A stretch of DNA of 64,000 nucleotides from Candidatus Dojkabacteria bacterium (GCA_016932785.1 JAFGCJ010000002.1:209777-273776), one strand, 5' to 3'; shown: positions 1 through 10,631, counted from the stretch's first letter. Notes: a model not told the origin generated them from the letters alone. Numbers and translations are program-made.

Positions 1-250
1 ACCTTTTCCTCTCGGCATTTCTTTGCCTCCTTTTTTCTATTTTTTGCCAATAAATAACCGGAAGCAGGCTTCAACCAAAGCCTCCTCCCGGCTATCTATT
101 CAGGAAAACTACTACACTTTGACTTTTAAAGATCTGCATCAATTAAGATCTCAGGTTTCTGAGATACTTCAGATGCATGACTTGATAATTATACTATGGG
201 GCCAATTTAAGATTCAATCATAAAAAGCAGACCGCTTCTTCTATACCACA

Positions 251-3200
251 TCAACGATAATAAGCCACAGGCATATCCTCCGTGACATCTTCTACTCTTA
301 AACCAAATCTGTCCGCAGTATCCTTTGCTCTTCTTAACTTCTTACTCGTTCTCTTTCTTGTTCCTTTTTTTCCTCCACCATTTCCGCCATTGCCACCTCT
401 TCTCTGAACTCCCTGCAGCCATTCCCGCTCCATCTCTAATTCCATAGCTTCATCCGTTCTACCGAAATCCAAAGCACAAAGCATATCCAACCTTCTGTCT
501 ATAGTCCTTAAGTCAACAACGTCCATTGATAAACGCTCATTCTGTGAATTGCACAATATATCAATTAACAACGTATCATCCTTAGCTTTTCTAAAACTTT
601 TATCCCCTATTAAAGCAACTACAAATCTTCTTACTGGCGCTTTCCCATATTTCTTGTTTAATTCTCTTAATGGAAGGAAAAGAGGATGCATTTTGAGAGT
701 GTCAAGACCTGACTCCATCGTCCTACTTATTACCTCAGTTTGCTTGCCTTCTATCGCGTCCACCAGTTCTCCGACATTACGGGCAGATAAAATAGCAGCT
801 CTTACCGTATCATCTGACAAAAGAGAGACCAGAGAATCTTTCCACGCTGACAGTCTTTCTTCAAGCACTTCATCATCTATAACCTCGAGCTTTCTAGTTA
901 CTTTGCCAGATCCTCTAAGATCGTCTCGAACTTTTACTGCAGTAGAGATCATTTCCCTAAGATCTTCTCCTTCAATACCTGGTTTCCAGGCAGCAAGTTG
1001 AGCTTTGACACAATGGGAATCTACAGCTTCATCTAAATCTTTAATACTTTCCCCGGCTTGATGAACCAACTCAAACAATGAATCCTCGACTGTATCCGAA
1101 CTAAAATCTTCAGCAGGACTTGCACCGGTATTGATACTAAGATCTACTACCGTAAGTCCTTCATTAGAAAAACCACACAAGGTCATCCACGCAGAATTCG
1201 CTTTATCAAGCGCCGCAGACAACTCTTCACCAATGGATTGACGCAGCTCAGCTACTCCTACCTGACCCGAAACTATTCTGCCCTGAACCTCATTATTCAT
1301 TGAAAGTAAGACAGCCCCCAGGTCAGCGACATATCTCGGAGCCCAACCGGGAAACAGCGGGGAGAATGTATCTAGAACTTGCTGCTTCGCTTCCCCAACA
1401 AGGTTAGGAAAAGCCGAAATTCCAACACCATCAGAACCATGTAATAGATCTGTAACATCTCGTGCCAATGAAATTGCGGACGAAAAATCAGATAAACGAT
1501 CAGCAACTTCAGACAGCGCCGAAATCGCTCCCTCGAGTTTAGGAAGTCCAGCAGGAGATTGTTCTCGAATATAATCTCTAGTCTCAGGGATATAGCCAAA
1601 ATCAGTATTTGCGCCTCCCGCTCTTAGTACTTCTACTGGAAGATACCCATACCAATAATCCTCCCAGATACTCTGCTGAAGCTCGGTCTCTAGTCTTACG
1701 CCGCCAGCAAGATATTTACCCACCATTTCTCTCGCAAAATCACCGCGTTGGTGCGCAGTCTCTAAATTACTGCTAGACCAATCACTCGTATGTCTTACAA
1801 TAGAGACTAAAACACGCCTGTAGACATCACCTGCAATAGAAAGTATCTCATCATCACTGGCTTTCCTAGCCAAGACATTCTGAGAAATCGCAAGTACAGA
1901 ATCATAACTCGCAAACTCATCACGAACAGTTGAAAGAGGTACTATATTTCCATCTCCGCCAAAGAGAGCATGCATTACTTCATAGTGCAACTCACTCCGA
2001 GGAGCAAGATAGGGAATCAAAATATCATCGTCACAAAAATACATCATATCGATGTAGGCTTTAAGACCTGCAATCTTTTCCTCATCGATCTCATCAGGGA
2101 CCTCAATACCTACAACTCCACAAACATCAGTAAATAATTGTAAACATAGTTCCACTGGATAACCAGTCATTGCACTTCCTAATTCAAAAAATTTTTCCCT
2201 TGATACATCAGCCGCTTTAGCCGCTGGTCCGGCTTGCTGTACCAAATAATCATAAAACGTTCCTTTAAAAATTCTCGCTGCAGTGCTGTTTACCTCCTGA
2301 ACTCTCCACAACGCTTCATCTCGATCCATCGACTCAAGATCCAAAGGAATAATATCAGACATCAAAAGAGGATATGTGCCGTCAAACCGGAATTCCCGAT
2401 GTTCTTCGACTTGCTCTTTATATCCAATCGCAAACTTTGTGAGAAAATATCTCCGTAAAGCCTCAACCAGAAGCTTAGCAGTCTTACTATCCGTCTCGGG
2501 AAGCGGAGCCCAGGGATTCAGAAGATCTCTATCATACCTTACTTCACTCAAATTAAAGATTTCTCCAAAGAAATCCTCAGAGGAAAGTACTTCAGCCTTT
2601 CTTGAATCTTTTCTAATAGAAAAGGGCTCAGTTAGCCTTCCGGCTACATCAGTAACAATCTCTCGCAGCGCCGATGCGGGTCCAGCCCCAAACCATCTAT
2701 CCGGAATATCCCCATAAGACTGGACTTCGGCATCATATTCCTGAGACGACATAAATACATTCGGATCCAGCACATTATCTTCAATCATTAAATATAAGAT
2801 CTCTATTAGTCTTGTCCTGTCCTCCTCAGGCCAGTCAGCGTATGCGGTAAGATCATGAAGGAAAATAGATATTACTGCAGCCCTGGGATCACGAAGGCTT
2901 TCAGGCCATTCTTGGGAATCCGGAGTATCGTGACATTTATCAACCAACATTAATGCTTCTTCCAACGTTAGAGCTTCAGAATCGACATTCCACATTTCTT
3001 CGGCTAAGATTAAAACCAAGGATCTGAAAGAGGATACCTGCTCAAGTGAAGTATCAGTATCTCCGCCATAAAATTTTTTAATTGCAACATTTATCAAACC
3101 TCTAACAAGATCCTCATTAAGGTGCTCCAACAGAAAAGCCGCGTCAAGAGAAAGAGAAGCAGCCCTAATCATTTCCAGATCTGGCTCGCCTTGGAATAAA

Positions 3201-4054
3201 AGCTGCAACGCATTCCTTGCTACAGTTCCAATAATATCTGTATATTGGCCGAAACCCTGAGCTTCTTGAACAAAAAGCATTGCCTCATCAGCATCAGCAC
3301 ACATAGCCGCAAGCCAGAAAAATTTTAATGAAGTGACAGAGACCAGGCCTACATGAGTTCCTTTTTTGACGTCGGAAATGAGATCAAGATATCTGAACCT
3401 CTCCGGATTCTCAGCTCTGGCACTTTCCAATATTGATACCGACGGATATTGGAAAACCGGCTCAATTTCACCCATAACTAAACCCTGAAAAGCTTTAACA
3501 CGCTGGTATTTACTTGTTTCCCCATCCACATCACAAAGTCTATCGATCAATACCTCCGCCTCAGGATTTACTGCTACAAATTTACGTGCCTGACTATTAG
3601 ATAGTCCGCCGCCTCCATTCGAAGAGATACCCTTCAATTTTGCTATAAGGTCGTGTTCTCTCCAAGAAAGAACGTGAGTTCTTACTATCGACAAGTAAAA
3701 AGCTTTATCCTCACCGGAAAAGAGTCGCATCATTCCTGAAATGGACAGGTCCCGACCGTCCTCGACTAAATCTGGGCCCACTTCTAAAGCTGACTCAAGC
3801 TCTGTTCTTATAGCCAAAAGGAAACAACATTGAGGTTTTATCCTCTCATATTCATCGGCGGTACAGCCCTCTATAAAATCAGGGGTTTCAAGCCAGGCTT
3901 GAGCTTGCTCGAGCTTTTCTGCAATATACTCACATTGAGCATCGATAACCTCAGGACTTTCTTGATTTTCCGGATTAAGCAAAACCAGAGCTTCTGAAAC
4001 ATCCCGAACAGATGTTCCCAGCGCCTCTAATTCGCCTTCGCTTGCTTTAGCCAT
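251..4054 (-). CDS. large hypothetical protein (1267 aa), acidic, no obvious TM segment, basic Gly/Asn/Lys/Arg tail
   Basis: Uninterrupted 3.8-kb ORF. I recognise no family motif. The C-terminus reads GGNGGNGGGKKGTRKRTSKKLRRAKD. It is co-oriented with the two paralogous ORFs upstream. Confidence 0.7.
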   Translation of the reverse strand: MAKASEGELEALGTSVRDVSEALVLLNPENQESPEVIDAQCEYIAEKLEQAQAWLETPDFIEGCTADEYERIKPQCCFLLAIRTELESALEVGPDLVEDGRDLSISGMMRLFSGEDKAFYLSIVRTHVLSWREHDLIAKLKGISSNGGGGLSNSQARKFVAVNPEAEVLIDRLCDVDGETSKYQRVKAFQGLVMGEIEPVFQYPSVSILESARAENPERFRYLDLISDVKKGTHVGLVSVTSLKFFWLAAMCADADEAMLFVQEAQGFGQYTDIIGTVARNALQLLFQGEPDLEMIRAASLSLDAAFLLEHLNEDLVRGLINVAIKKFYGGDTDTSLEQVSSFRSLVLILAEEMWNVDSEALTLEEALMLVDKCHDTPDSQEWPESLRDPRAAVISIFLHDLTAYADWPEEDRTRLIEILYLMIEDNVLDPNVFMSSQEYDAEVQSYGDIPDRWFGAGPASALREIVTDVAGRLTEPFSIRKDSRKAEVLSSEDFFGEIFNLSEVRYDRDLLNPWAPLPETDSKTAKLLVEALRRYFLTKFAIGYKEQVEEHREFRFDGTYPLLMSDIIPLDLESMDRDEALWRVQEVNSTAARIFKGTFYDYLVQQAGPAAKAADVSREKFFELGSAMTGYPVELCLQLFTDVCGVVGIEVPDEIDEEKIAGLKAYIDMMYFCDDDILIPYLAPRSELHYEVMHALFGGDGNIVPLSTVRDEFASYDSVLAISQNVLARKASDDEILSIAGDVYRRVLVSIVRHTSDWSSSNLETAHQRGDFAREMVGKYLAGGVRLETELQQSIWEDYWYGYLPVEVLRAGGANTDFGYIPETRDYIREQSPAGLPKLEGAISALSEVADRLSDFSSAISLARDVTDLLHGSDGVGISAFPNLVGEAKQQVLDTFSPLFPGWAPRYVADLGAVLLSMNNEVQGRIVSGQVGVAELRQSIGEELSAALDKANSAWMTLCGFSNEGLTVVDLSINTGASPAEDFSSDTVEDSLFELVHQAGESIKDLDEAVDSHCVKAQLAAWKPGIEGEDLREMISTAVKVRDDLRGSGKVTRKLEVIDDEVLEERLSAWKDSLVSLLSDDTVRAAILSARNVGELVDAIEGKQTEVISRTMESGLDTLKMHPLFLPLRELNKKYGKAPVRRFVVALIGDKSFRKAKDDTLLIDILCNSQNERLSMDVVDLRTIDRRLDMLCALDFGRTDEAMELEMEREWLQGVQRRGGNGGNGGGKKGTRKRTSKKLRRAKDTADRFGLRVEDVTEDMPVAYYR

Positions 4055-4129
4055 AGATCACAATAATAGATTTACCTCTAGAAGCGTATTATACTATAGG
4101 TTGAGAATGTTGTGCCATAGGTGCCAATT

Positions 4130-4906
4130 CTAATTCCTCCCAGTATTAACAGCGATCTTCCTTGACCCATCAACCACTCTATAAAACCTGGTCAATCTTT
4201 TCCTCTGATCCTCATCAAAAACTCCATTTTGAATACCCCGCAAAACAGCATCAACAAAGGAATCACGCACTCGACCTCTATCTCTCCTAATCCAGGTAAT
4301 ACATGTCCCTAGAACTAAATCCAGAATTTCTTTTCTCGTACCCGGAGAAACCTCCTTAAGAAATTTCCCAGTCCTACCTTCAGAAAGAAACAGAATACTG
4401 TTCCTTGCTGCCAGAGTAAATCCTGAACCACTTATTACAAGAGCCTGCCTGGCAACGGAAGCAATTAGAGCAACAACATCTTCTTCATTTCTGAAAAGCC
4501 CTTTATCAAAAGACCCCATAGTCATAAGCAGCCACTGAGTTTTATGCATATTACCATACTCATCATCAGATCCTTCAAGCATGTTTAAAGCTACTACACA
4601 TGCGTAATTCTCAACCTGATCACGATACTTTTCCAGTCCTTCGGGGAAATCTCCCTGCATAAATCCAGCAAAAAAACCTCTAGCTGCAGCGGTTGTACTA
4701 TTATCATCCGGAATTACTGCTACTTTCGCGAGTGCATCTAGCACCCGGTCAGGATTAATTTCATTAATTTCATGAAGATTGCCAGCTTCCAATCCCTCCC
4801 TGACAACATGAACCATCTCGTATGCTCTCTCGTCCCTTCGAGCTATGCCTATCTCGATAGTCTCGGTTGCAAGGGTGTCCAATGTTAGTGATTGTTCTGC
4901 TGACAT
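4130..4906 (-). CDS. hypothetical protein (258 aa), paralog of the split ORF at 4946-5730
   Basis: It aligns by eye along its whole length with 5266-5730 plus 4946-5230. Examples: PDDNSTTAAARGFF vs DHNPTTKAARALF, and GTCITWIRRDRG...QRKRL vs ATCIYWINREDG...QRKRL. Confidence 0.7.
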   Translation of the reverse strand: MSAEQSLTLDTLATETIEIGIARRDERAYEMVHVVREGLEAGNLHEINEINPDRVLDALAKVAVIPDDNSTTAAARGFFAGFMQGDFPEGLEKYRDQVENYACVVALNMLEGSDDEYGNMHKTQWLLMTMGSFDKGLFRNEEDVVALIASVARQALVISGSGFTLAARNSILFLSEGRTGKFLKEVSPGTRKEILDLVLGTCITWIRRDRGRVRDSFVDAVLRGIQNGVFDEDQRKRLTRFYRVVDGSRKIAVNTGRN

Positions 4907-4945
4907 AAAATTTTTCTTAAAAAATTACTAAATTAATACCTTTAT

Positions 4946-5730
4946 CTAGTAGGCCACGACCTCACGATCCGGCCGTCCTCTCTGTTTAAAGGCAATTTCC
5001 CGTGAATTACTGGCAATTCCCATGGCTCTAAGTAATCTTTTCCGCTGACTTCTAGTAAATACACCCCCATTTTTAAGTCCTTCTCCTACCGAAGAGACAA
5101 ACCTTTCCCTAGTTAGACCATCCTCTCTGTTTATCCAATAAATACATGTTGCTATAACAATATTCATAGCCGCTTCTTGAGCACGCACTGTAAAGCCACC
5201 CAAAGGATCTCGTAGAGTGCCTTCTACCAACTGCCTGACATAGAGCTCTGCCGCCCGTGTAACACCTAAATCGTCTTCCTTAAGGGCCTGAATCGCAATT
5301 GCATTGACAAGCTCAACGCCATTCCCTCTTGTATATAACGCCCTTCATATAATGCGTTAGCCACACACTCGACCCACTCTACACGCTCTTCATCTGCATA
5401 CCTGTCCTGCCCTATAATATTGGCAGCTACAGCCTTTGAAAAATCAGCAAGATAGTCACCGTATCTAAGAGCTTCCGAAGGTAATTCACCTCCTACATAT
5501 TCATGGAAAAGCGCACGTGCAGCCTTAGTAGTCGGATTATGGTCCGCAATTACAGCAAGATTTGCAAGAGTAGCAATGGCTAAACCTGGATCCATACACT
5601 CAAGATCTCCTGCATTAATACCAGAAATAACAGCCTCTACAATCTCAAGAGATGACTCATCCCGCGCTTCCATCTCAAAGATAACACCACGAATATCATT
5701 ACGACTTAAAACTGACTCCCCTGCTGCCAT
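4946..5730 (-). pseudogene. frameshifted paralog of 4130-4906 (two ORF-track pieces, 5266-5730 and 4946-5230)
   Basis: My manual translation shows the downstream frame is open back to about 5336. From there it continues the paralog alignment (NGVELVNAIAIQALKEDDLG vs EDVVALIASVARQALVISGSG). The frames switch near GAGGGAATGG at 5322-5326, consistent with a 1-nt indel. Confidence 0.6.
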
Positions 5731-6089
5731 AAAAATCTAAATAAGATAATTTATTAGTGCTTATTATAGACGAAATTGGAGGTCAACTCAATCCCATAGT
5801 GTGAGAAAATTTATTAACCACGTATAATCTCCGTCACATCTACACAACACTATTTATTATTCAACCCCAAAAATGTATAATTATATAGGATTTCATTGAT
5901 TTACATATGTCAATGAAGTTTTTCTTTTAATAGACCATTTCATGCATTTAGACAAGTTTTGTCTAGACGCTGAAGGTTCCTTAACAATCAAAGGGCATCC
6001 TTTTTGATTAAGCCGATGGCCGGCAAGATTGCACGAAACTCCGGATAGCTTGGTGCAGTGCTGCTGGTCATCCTTACTCAAACAAGGAG

Positions 6090-6569
6090 GTGATGAAAAA
6101 AAGAAAAGAGAGTGAGGAAGATCAAATACTGATAGGGGGCGGGAAAATGACTAGCTGGAGATTAAAAATAGTAGTTTTCGTTTTTCTCTTATTCGTACCG
6201 ATATTGGCCTGCGCGCCGATACCGGGATTTAGGTCTACGGATATTCCACTGCCAGAGGAGACCCAGACTCCAAAGTCAGAACACATCTGGGTCTGGGTTG
6301 CAAACTCGGACTACTGGATCGAGCTTGAGATTACAAGCTACGATCCGTTCACGGTCAAATCTGTCGACCCACTCGAAGATGATATTGAGATTCAAGAAGT
6401 TACAGGTAACTCCTGGAAAGTGTGTTTAATAGGTGTCAAAGAAACACCTCTATTCACAGCAACAATAAGCGACAACGTACTAATCCTACAGGCGTCAGGT
6501 GAAAACTTAATAGTTTATTACTCTCCCATGGACGATCTAGCAGAAACAGGACAGAGGGATACTTCATGA
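6090..6569 (+). CDS. small secreted protein, probable lipoprotein
   Basis: Signal-peptide-like stretch WRLKIVVFVFLLFVPILAC with a lipobox-like L-A-C. A strong AAGGAGG lies at 6084-6090. The alternative start at 6147 (MTSWRL) is plausible. Confidence 0.55.
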   Translation: MMKKRKESEEDQILIGGGKMTSWRLKIVVFVFLLFVPILACAPIPGFRSTDIPLPEETQTPKSEHIWVWVANSDYWIELEITSYDPFTVKSVDPLEDDIEIQEVTGNSWKVCLIGVKETPLFTATISDNVLILQASGENLIVYYSPMDDLAETGQRDTS

Positions 6570-6619
6570 AAACTCTTGATTTTTCCCGATCACTCACATC
6601 ACCAGCCCTTTGACCTGTT

Positions 6620-7216
6620 CTACTTTTCAACAACCAAACTGTTATCCAGATATCTCAAGATTTTCTTTATAATCTCATACTGCGGCCTCAATTCATCCTT
6701 ACAGAAGTCAAACGTTAATGCGTTCCATTTTTCCTCTAGCTTTTCTCTTAGCAGTCCCGCCAACTTTTTTTCCGGAATATCCGAAAGATTTCTGAAGGCA
6801 TAGATAAACCCTTCTACTGATGCAAATTTATAGCAGTCAGCATTACAGCAAATCTCTGACTCGATTGAATAAAACTTTTTTACACCATGATGTTCAAGAA
6901 TGCAGTGCCTGATATTTTCCTTCGCCTCTTCACCGACATCACTCTGCGCCATGAGTTCATTAGCCTTTTCCAAGGACATTTTAACGTGATCCTCAAGCCT
7001 TCCTTGTTCAAGAGCTTCTCCTATCATACAATCCATTAGACATATTCCAGCTCTGACAATATTTGTATTTACTAATTGCCCTTTTGACTCCAACTCTTTA
7101 GCAAGTTTCAACGCGGCTCCCATAGGTAAATCGATATGCTGTCTAGGAGGAGGTCCCACTCGGGCACATTCAGTATAGGCAAAGTCTTTTGCTACTTCAA
7201 GAAAGTTTTTCATCAT
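6620..7216 (-). CDS. HD-domain-like protein (uncertain; canonical HD appears as MD)
   Basis: The layout H...(AGICLMDCMIGE)...ILEHHG resembles HD phosphohydrolases. The signature His-Asp reads Met-Asp. Confidence 0.35.
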   Translation of the reverse strand: MMKNFLEVAKDFAYTECARVGPPPRQHIDLPMGAALKLAKELESKGQLVNTNIVRAGICLMDCMIGEALEQGRLEDHVKMSLEKANELMAQSDVGEEAKENIRHCILEHHGVKKFYSIESEICCNADCYKFASVEGFIYAFRNLSDIPEKKLAGLLREKLEEKWNALTFDFCKDELRPQYEIIKKILRYLDNSLVVEK

Positions 7217-7319
7217 AGAGTTAATACCAAAGTTATAGATGCCAACATTATATCAACAGAATGTTTACGATAAAACAATATGCTAAAATCACAAAATAAA
7301 GTTAAAAATTTAAAAAACC

Positions 7320-7889
7320 ATGCAACTAATTCTAATCCGACACTCCAAAACAAACGTCGACCCCAAGACTCCCATCTGTCAGTGGGGTCTTTCAGAAGAA
7401 GGAATTTCACTAGCACAAAAACTAAGTAACGAGCCAGAAGTACAATCACTCGATGTCATATACAGCAGCCTCCAAACCAAGGCCCTCGAGACCGCTCTGA
7501 TTCTAGCCAAGCCCAATGCAATCCCCATCAAAACAGATGACAATTTAACCGAAGTCACATCTTTTACAAAAGAGCATTTCGGCTATAAATACACGCAAAA
7601 CGTGAGCGACTTCTACTCAGGAAAAGTTCTTCGACTTGCTAACGGTGAATCTGCTGACGAAGGCCTTAAAAGATTTAATGAAGCTATCGAAATGATCGAA
7701 AAAGTTGAAACTGCTGCCGGAATATTTAAAGCGGGAATCGTAAGCCATGGAAATATTCTGTCTTTCTACACCGCCCAGTTCTCAGATCTAACCCCCATCC
7801 AAATCGAACAGAGAATCCAAATGCCTGATTACGCAATTCTCGATACAAGATCACAGAAAATAACTAAAATGTTTGGCTCAGACAAATGA
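7320..7889 (+). CDS. histidine phosphatase family protein (phosphoglycerate-mutase-like)
   Basis: N-terminal LILIRHSKT (an RHG-type motif) and a distal SHGNIL histidine. Confidence 0.7.
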   Translation: MQLILIRHSKTNVDPKTPICQWGLSEEGISLAQKLSNEPEVQSLDVIYSSLQTKALETALILAKPNAIPIKTDDNLTEVTSFTKEHFGYKYTQNVSDFYSGKVLRLANGESADEGLKRFNEAIEMIEKVETAAGIFKAGIVSHGNILSFYTAQFSDLTPIQIEQRIQMPDYAILDTRSQKITKMFGSDK

Positions 7890-8509
7890 TAAAAGTGGTT
7901 TGCCTTGATCTCGATGGAGTGCTTTTTGAGAAAGTTCATGAGAACCTAATACAGAATCTCTCCCAAAAGTTTAATATCGAAGAGGAAGAGCTTAAAGATA
8001 TCCTCTTCGTAAAAGCAGCGGAAGAAGGCGGATACAACGAGCTCAAAAAGGGCACCATTGAACCAAGCCAATACTGGAACTGGCTATTTGCAGAACTTGG
8101 AACCGATGCCGACTTCACAAAAGAGGACTACATCAACGAGTTACACAAAGGCTATCACATAAATCCTAAGGCAATTGAACTAATAAACATACTCAGGTCT
8201 AATGGAATCAGAACAGCCTTATGCAGCAATAACTATAAAGATAACATCGAGGCCCTCGAAAAAAAGTTCAGTTTGAGCAATTATTTCGATGTTATAGCCT
8301 TTTCATACGAGATAGGGGCTTTGAAACCAGACAAGAAGATTTTTGAAGAGTTAGTTTCGAGAGCAAAAGTAAAACCTGAAGAAATCGTATACTCCGATGA
8401 TAATGAGGCAAAACTGGCCGGTGCTAAAGAAATCGGAATAAAAACGTTTGTATTCAAGAATTTCGAGCAATTCAAAAAAGAACTTAGTAACCTCGGCGTA
8501 GAAACCTAG
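7886..8509 (+). CDS. HAD-superfamily hydrolase
   Basis: Motif I is VCLDLDGVLF. C-terminal SDDNEAKLAGAKEIG is a motif IV-like element. There is a 4-nt start/stop overlap with the upstream gene. Confidence 0.75.
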   Translation: MIKVVCLDLDGVLFEKVHENLIQNLSQKFNIEEEELKDILFVKAAEEGGYNELKKGTIEPSQYWNWLFAELGTDADFTKEDYINELHKGYHINPKAIELINILRSNGIRTALCSNNYKDNIEALEKKFSLSNYFDVIAFSYEIGALKPDKKIFEELVSRAKVKPEEIVYSDDNEAKLAGAKEIGIKTFVFKNFEQFKKELSNLGVET

Positions 8510-9396
8510 ATACTAACGCCTATACTTTCAAGATAAACCCTTCGCATTACAGCATACCTTGCTTTATCCATCCGTTCCGCCTCTATTCTTTGCAAATACA
8601 AGTGATTATCCAAACATGCTCTCGCAATAATTCTGGACCAAGAGTCGACCCTTTCATCGCGCATCATCTTTCCCAGCAGCACAGGAAGACACGCAGAAGT
8701 AGACGTACATGACCCTGAAAGAAATTCCACTGAAGTTACAAGACCGTTGGTAATAATTAATACAACAGGAACAATGGGTGCTTTCTCCCGTTCAAAGTTA
8801 TACAAAACTCCCACAGGAATATAGTCGACGTAGAAATCCTCCATGAGAACATCAACAGGAGGACCCACCGGCCTCGGTACTTGAACTATACAGCTGTCCG
8901 GCATTACCACTAATTCCTCCATAAAGCCCTGACATGCAAGAATCGTAGAAGATCTCATCTGAATAAGTTTTTCACTCAAGGCTCTCATCTTGGGTCTCTC
9001 AATCTTTTCCGTAACTGTCCAACTTTGAAAATCTTCCTCTCCAGCCCGCCGTAAAAGAAATGGAGAAAAATAAGGAGCACCAATTAAATATTCTTCAATA
9101 GAATCTCTACCTGCATACCTTCTCACAACAAGAGGCGAGCAGGTAACAACTTGTCTCTGTTCCCGACCTAGAGCTCCCTCCGGTCTACTACAGTCATAAA
9201 TAATCTCCTGACAAACATGTTCACACAGACCATCCGACAAAGCAAAGCTAACAGAAGTATCCGGATTCAACGTATCTTCTACAGCGAAAATATGAGGCCT
9301 TTCACTCTCAAGAAGCCTTTCAAAGGTACCCACGGGGAGATAGGCATAATCTTCACCTGAAGGGACATCTTCTTTTCCACGAAAATCTGCTGACAA
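8506..9396 (-). CDS. hypothetical protein (296 aa)
   Basis: Long ORF with no recognised motif. It is somewhat GC-richer than its neighbours (one 60-mer counted at 45%). Confidence 0.55.
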   Translation of the reverse strand: MSADFRGKEDVPSGEDYAYLPVGTFERLLESERPHIFAVEDTLNPDTSVSFALSDGLCEHVCQEIIYDCSRPEGALGREQRQVVTCSPLVVRRYAGRDSIEEYLIGAPYFSPFLLRRAGEEDFQSWTVTEKIERPKMRALSEKLIQMRSSTILACQGFMEELVVMPDSCIVQVPRPVGPPVDVLMEDFYVDYIPVGVLYNFEREKAPIVPVVLIITNGLVTSVEFLSGSCTSTSACLPVLLGKMMRDERVDSWSRIIARACLDNHLYLQRIEAERMDKARYAVMRRVYLESIGVSI

Positions 9397-9497
9397 TCTG
9401 GTTAGACTTAATAATATGATTCGGGGCGTTATTTAGAAGATTATAGGATATTTAAAAGAAAGAGGAAAGAGTTCATATATTTATCAACCTTAACATA

Positions 9498-10439
9498 CTA
9501 AGACGCTACATTTGTCGGATTTCCGCTAGCATAACTCTCCAAATTGCTTACAAAGATCTCTCTCTTTGCCTCACCCGCCTCGTCAGAGATATATCCAATT
9601 GGTGGATAAATAATGCAATTCTCATATTTTGATAGTCTCTTTAGATCTTCCTCCTCCATCTCATCAGAGTGATCGAGAATAAAAGTAATGTCACCCTTTT
9701 CCAGCCGACCGATTAGTGCTTCAAGGTCAACAAGTTCCATAGGAGCAGTATTAACAATGACAGCTCCATCCTTAATCTTTTCTATTCTGTCAGCATTCAG
9801 AAAGTTCTCAGTTTCATCGTTAAGAGCCAGATGCAATGAAATAAAATCACACGAAGCTAACAAATCATCCACCTCAGAATACTCTACACTTTTATTCTCG
9901 ATATCCTTTTGATTCCTGGACCAGTATTTAACATTTGCTCCAAACCCTGCGGCGATTTTTGCAACCCTCTGACCTATTCTACCAAGACCAACCACTCCGA
10001 AGTTTTTATCCTTAATCTCAGTAGCAGAAAAACCATCCTCAGAATAATTACCCTCTCTAGCCTGTACCTTAGCTCTCTCTAAATCCCTGATATATTCCAA
10101 TATAACTGCAAAAACGAGCTCCGCAACCGACTCGGTGCTGTATCCGGGAACATTGCAAACAGTAATACCTTTTTCTTTAGCATATTCAATATCAATCTTT
10201 CCATAACCCGTCGCAAAAACTCCAATATACTTTAGATTTGGAGCAGCACCCATCATATCTCTATCGACTGGATTAAATTTCACAAACAGAGCATCAGTAT
10301 CTTTCAAATGCTCTTTTAGTTCAGGTGAATCCGCAGACAGGAAAACCTTACTCTCCGCTACTTCATAGATACGATTCCAATACTCGTCTGAAAGTTCAGG
10401 TTCGGTCATACCGGTAATAACGATTTTTTTGAATTTCAT
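9498..10439 (-). CDS. D-isomer-specific 2-hydroxyacid dehydrogenase-like NAD-binding protein (catalytic residues apparently substituted)
   Basis: Rossmann motif GVVGLGRIGQRVAKIA. The family block VNTAPMELVD stands where NTARG is expected, and YPPIGY where TPHIG is expected. I chose the ATG at 10439 over the TTG at 10454. Confidence 0.7.
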   Translation of the reverse strand: MKFKKIVITGMTEPELSDEYWNRIYEVAESKVFLSADSPELKEHLKDTDALFVKFNPVDRDMMGAAPNLKYIGVFATGYGKIDIEYAKEKGITVCNVPGYSTESVAELVFAVILEYIRDLERAKVQAREGNYSEDGFSATEIKDKNFGVVGLGRIGQRVAKIAAGFGANVKYWSRNQKDIENKSVEYSEVDDLLASCDFISLHLALNDETENFLNADRIEKIKDGAVIVNTAPMELVDLEALIGRLEKGDITFILDHSDEMEEEDLKRLSKYENCIIYPPIGYISDEAGEAKREIFVSNLESYASGNPTNVAS

Positions 10440-10631
10440 ATGTGGTACATGCAAATTTTATTCCTTTAGGATTATAAACCTTTGGATAGATTAAGGAAAA
10501 TAGAATCTGAATAGTAATACATATTCGCTTAGATACTCACCTTTTTACGAGCACGAAAAAGATCAGACTACATCATGATTTTTTATGTCGTAAATCATGA
10601 TAGGGTACCAGACGCGGTACTTCCGATTCCG

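Noticed and set aside
549-2717. Plus-strand ORFs 549-1001, 2234-2458 and 2376-2717, and minus-strand ORF 1372-1599, inside the 1267-aa gene
   Set aside because: They are nested within a much longer uninterrupted ORF, either antisense or out of frame. Their composition is Ser/Leu-rich, as expected from antisense or off-frame reading.
5893-6081. 62-aa ORF in the divergent intergenic region
   Set aside because: I found no motif, no plausible ribosome-binding context, and an odd composition. The region is more likely promoter DNA for the flanking divergent genes.
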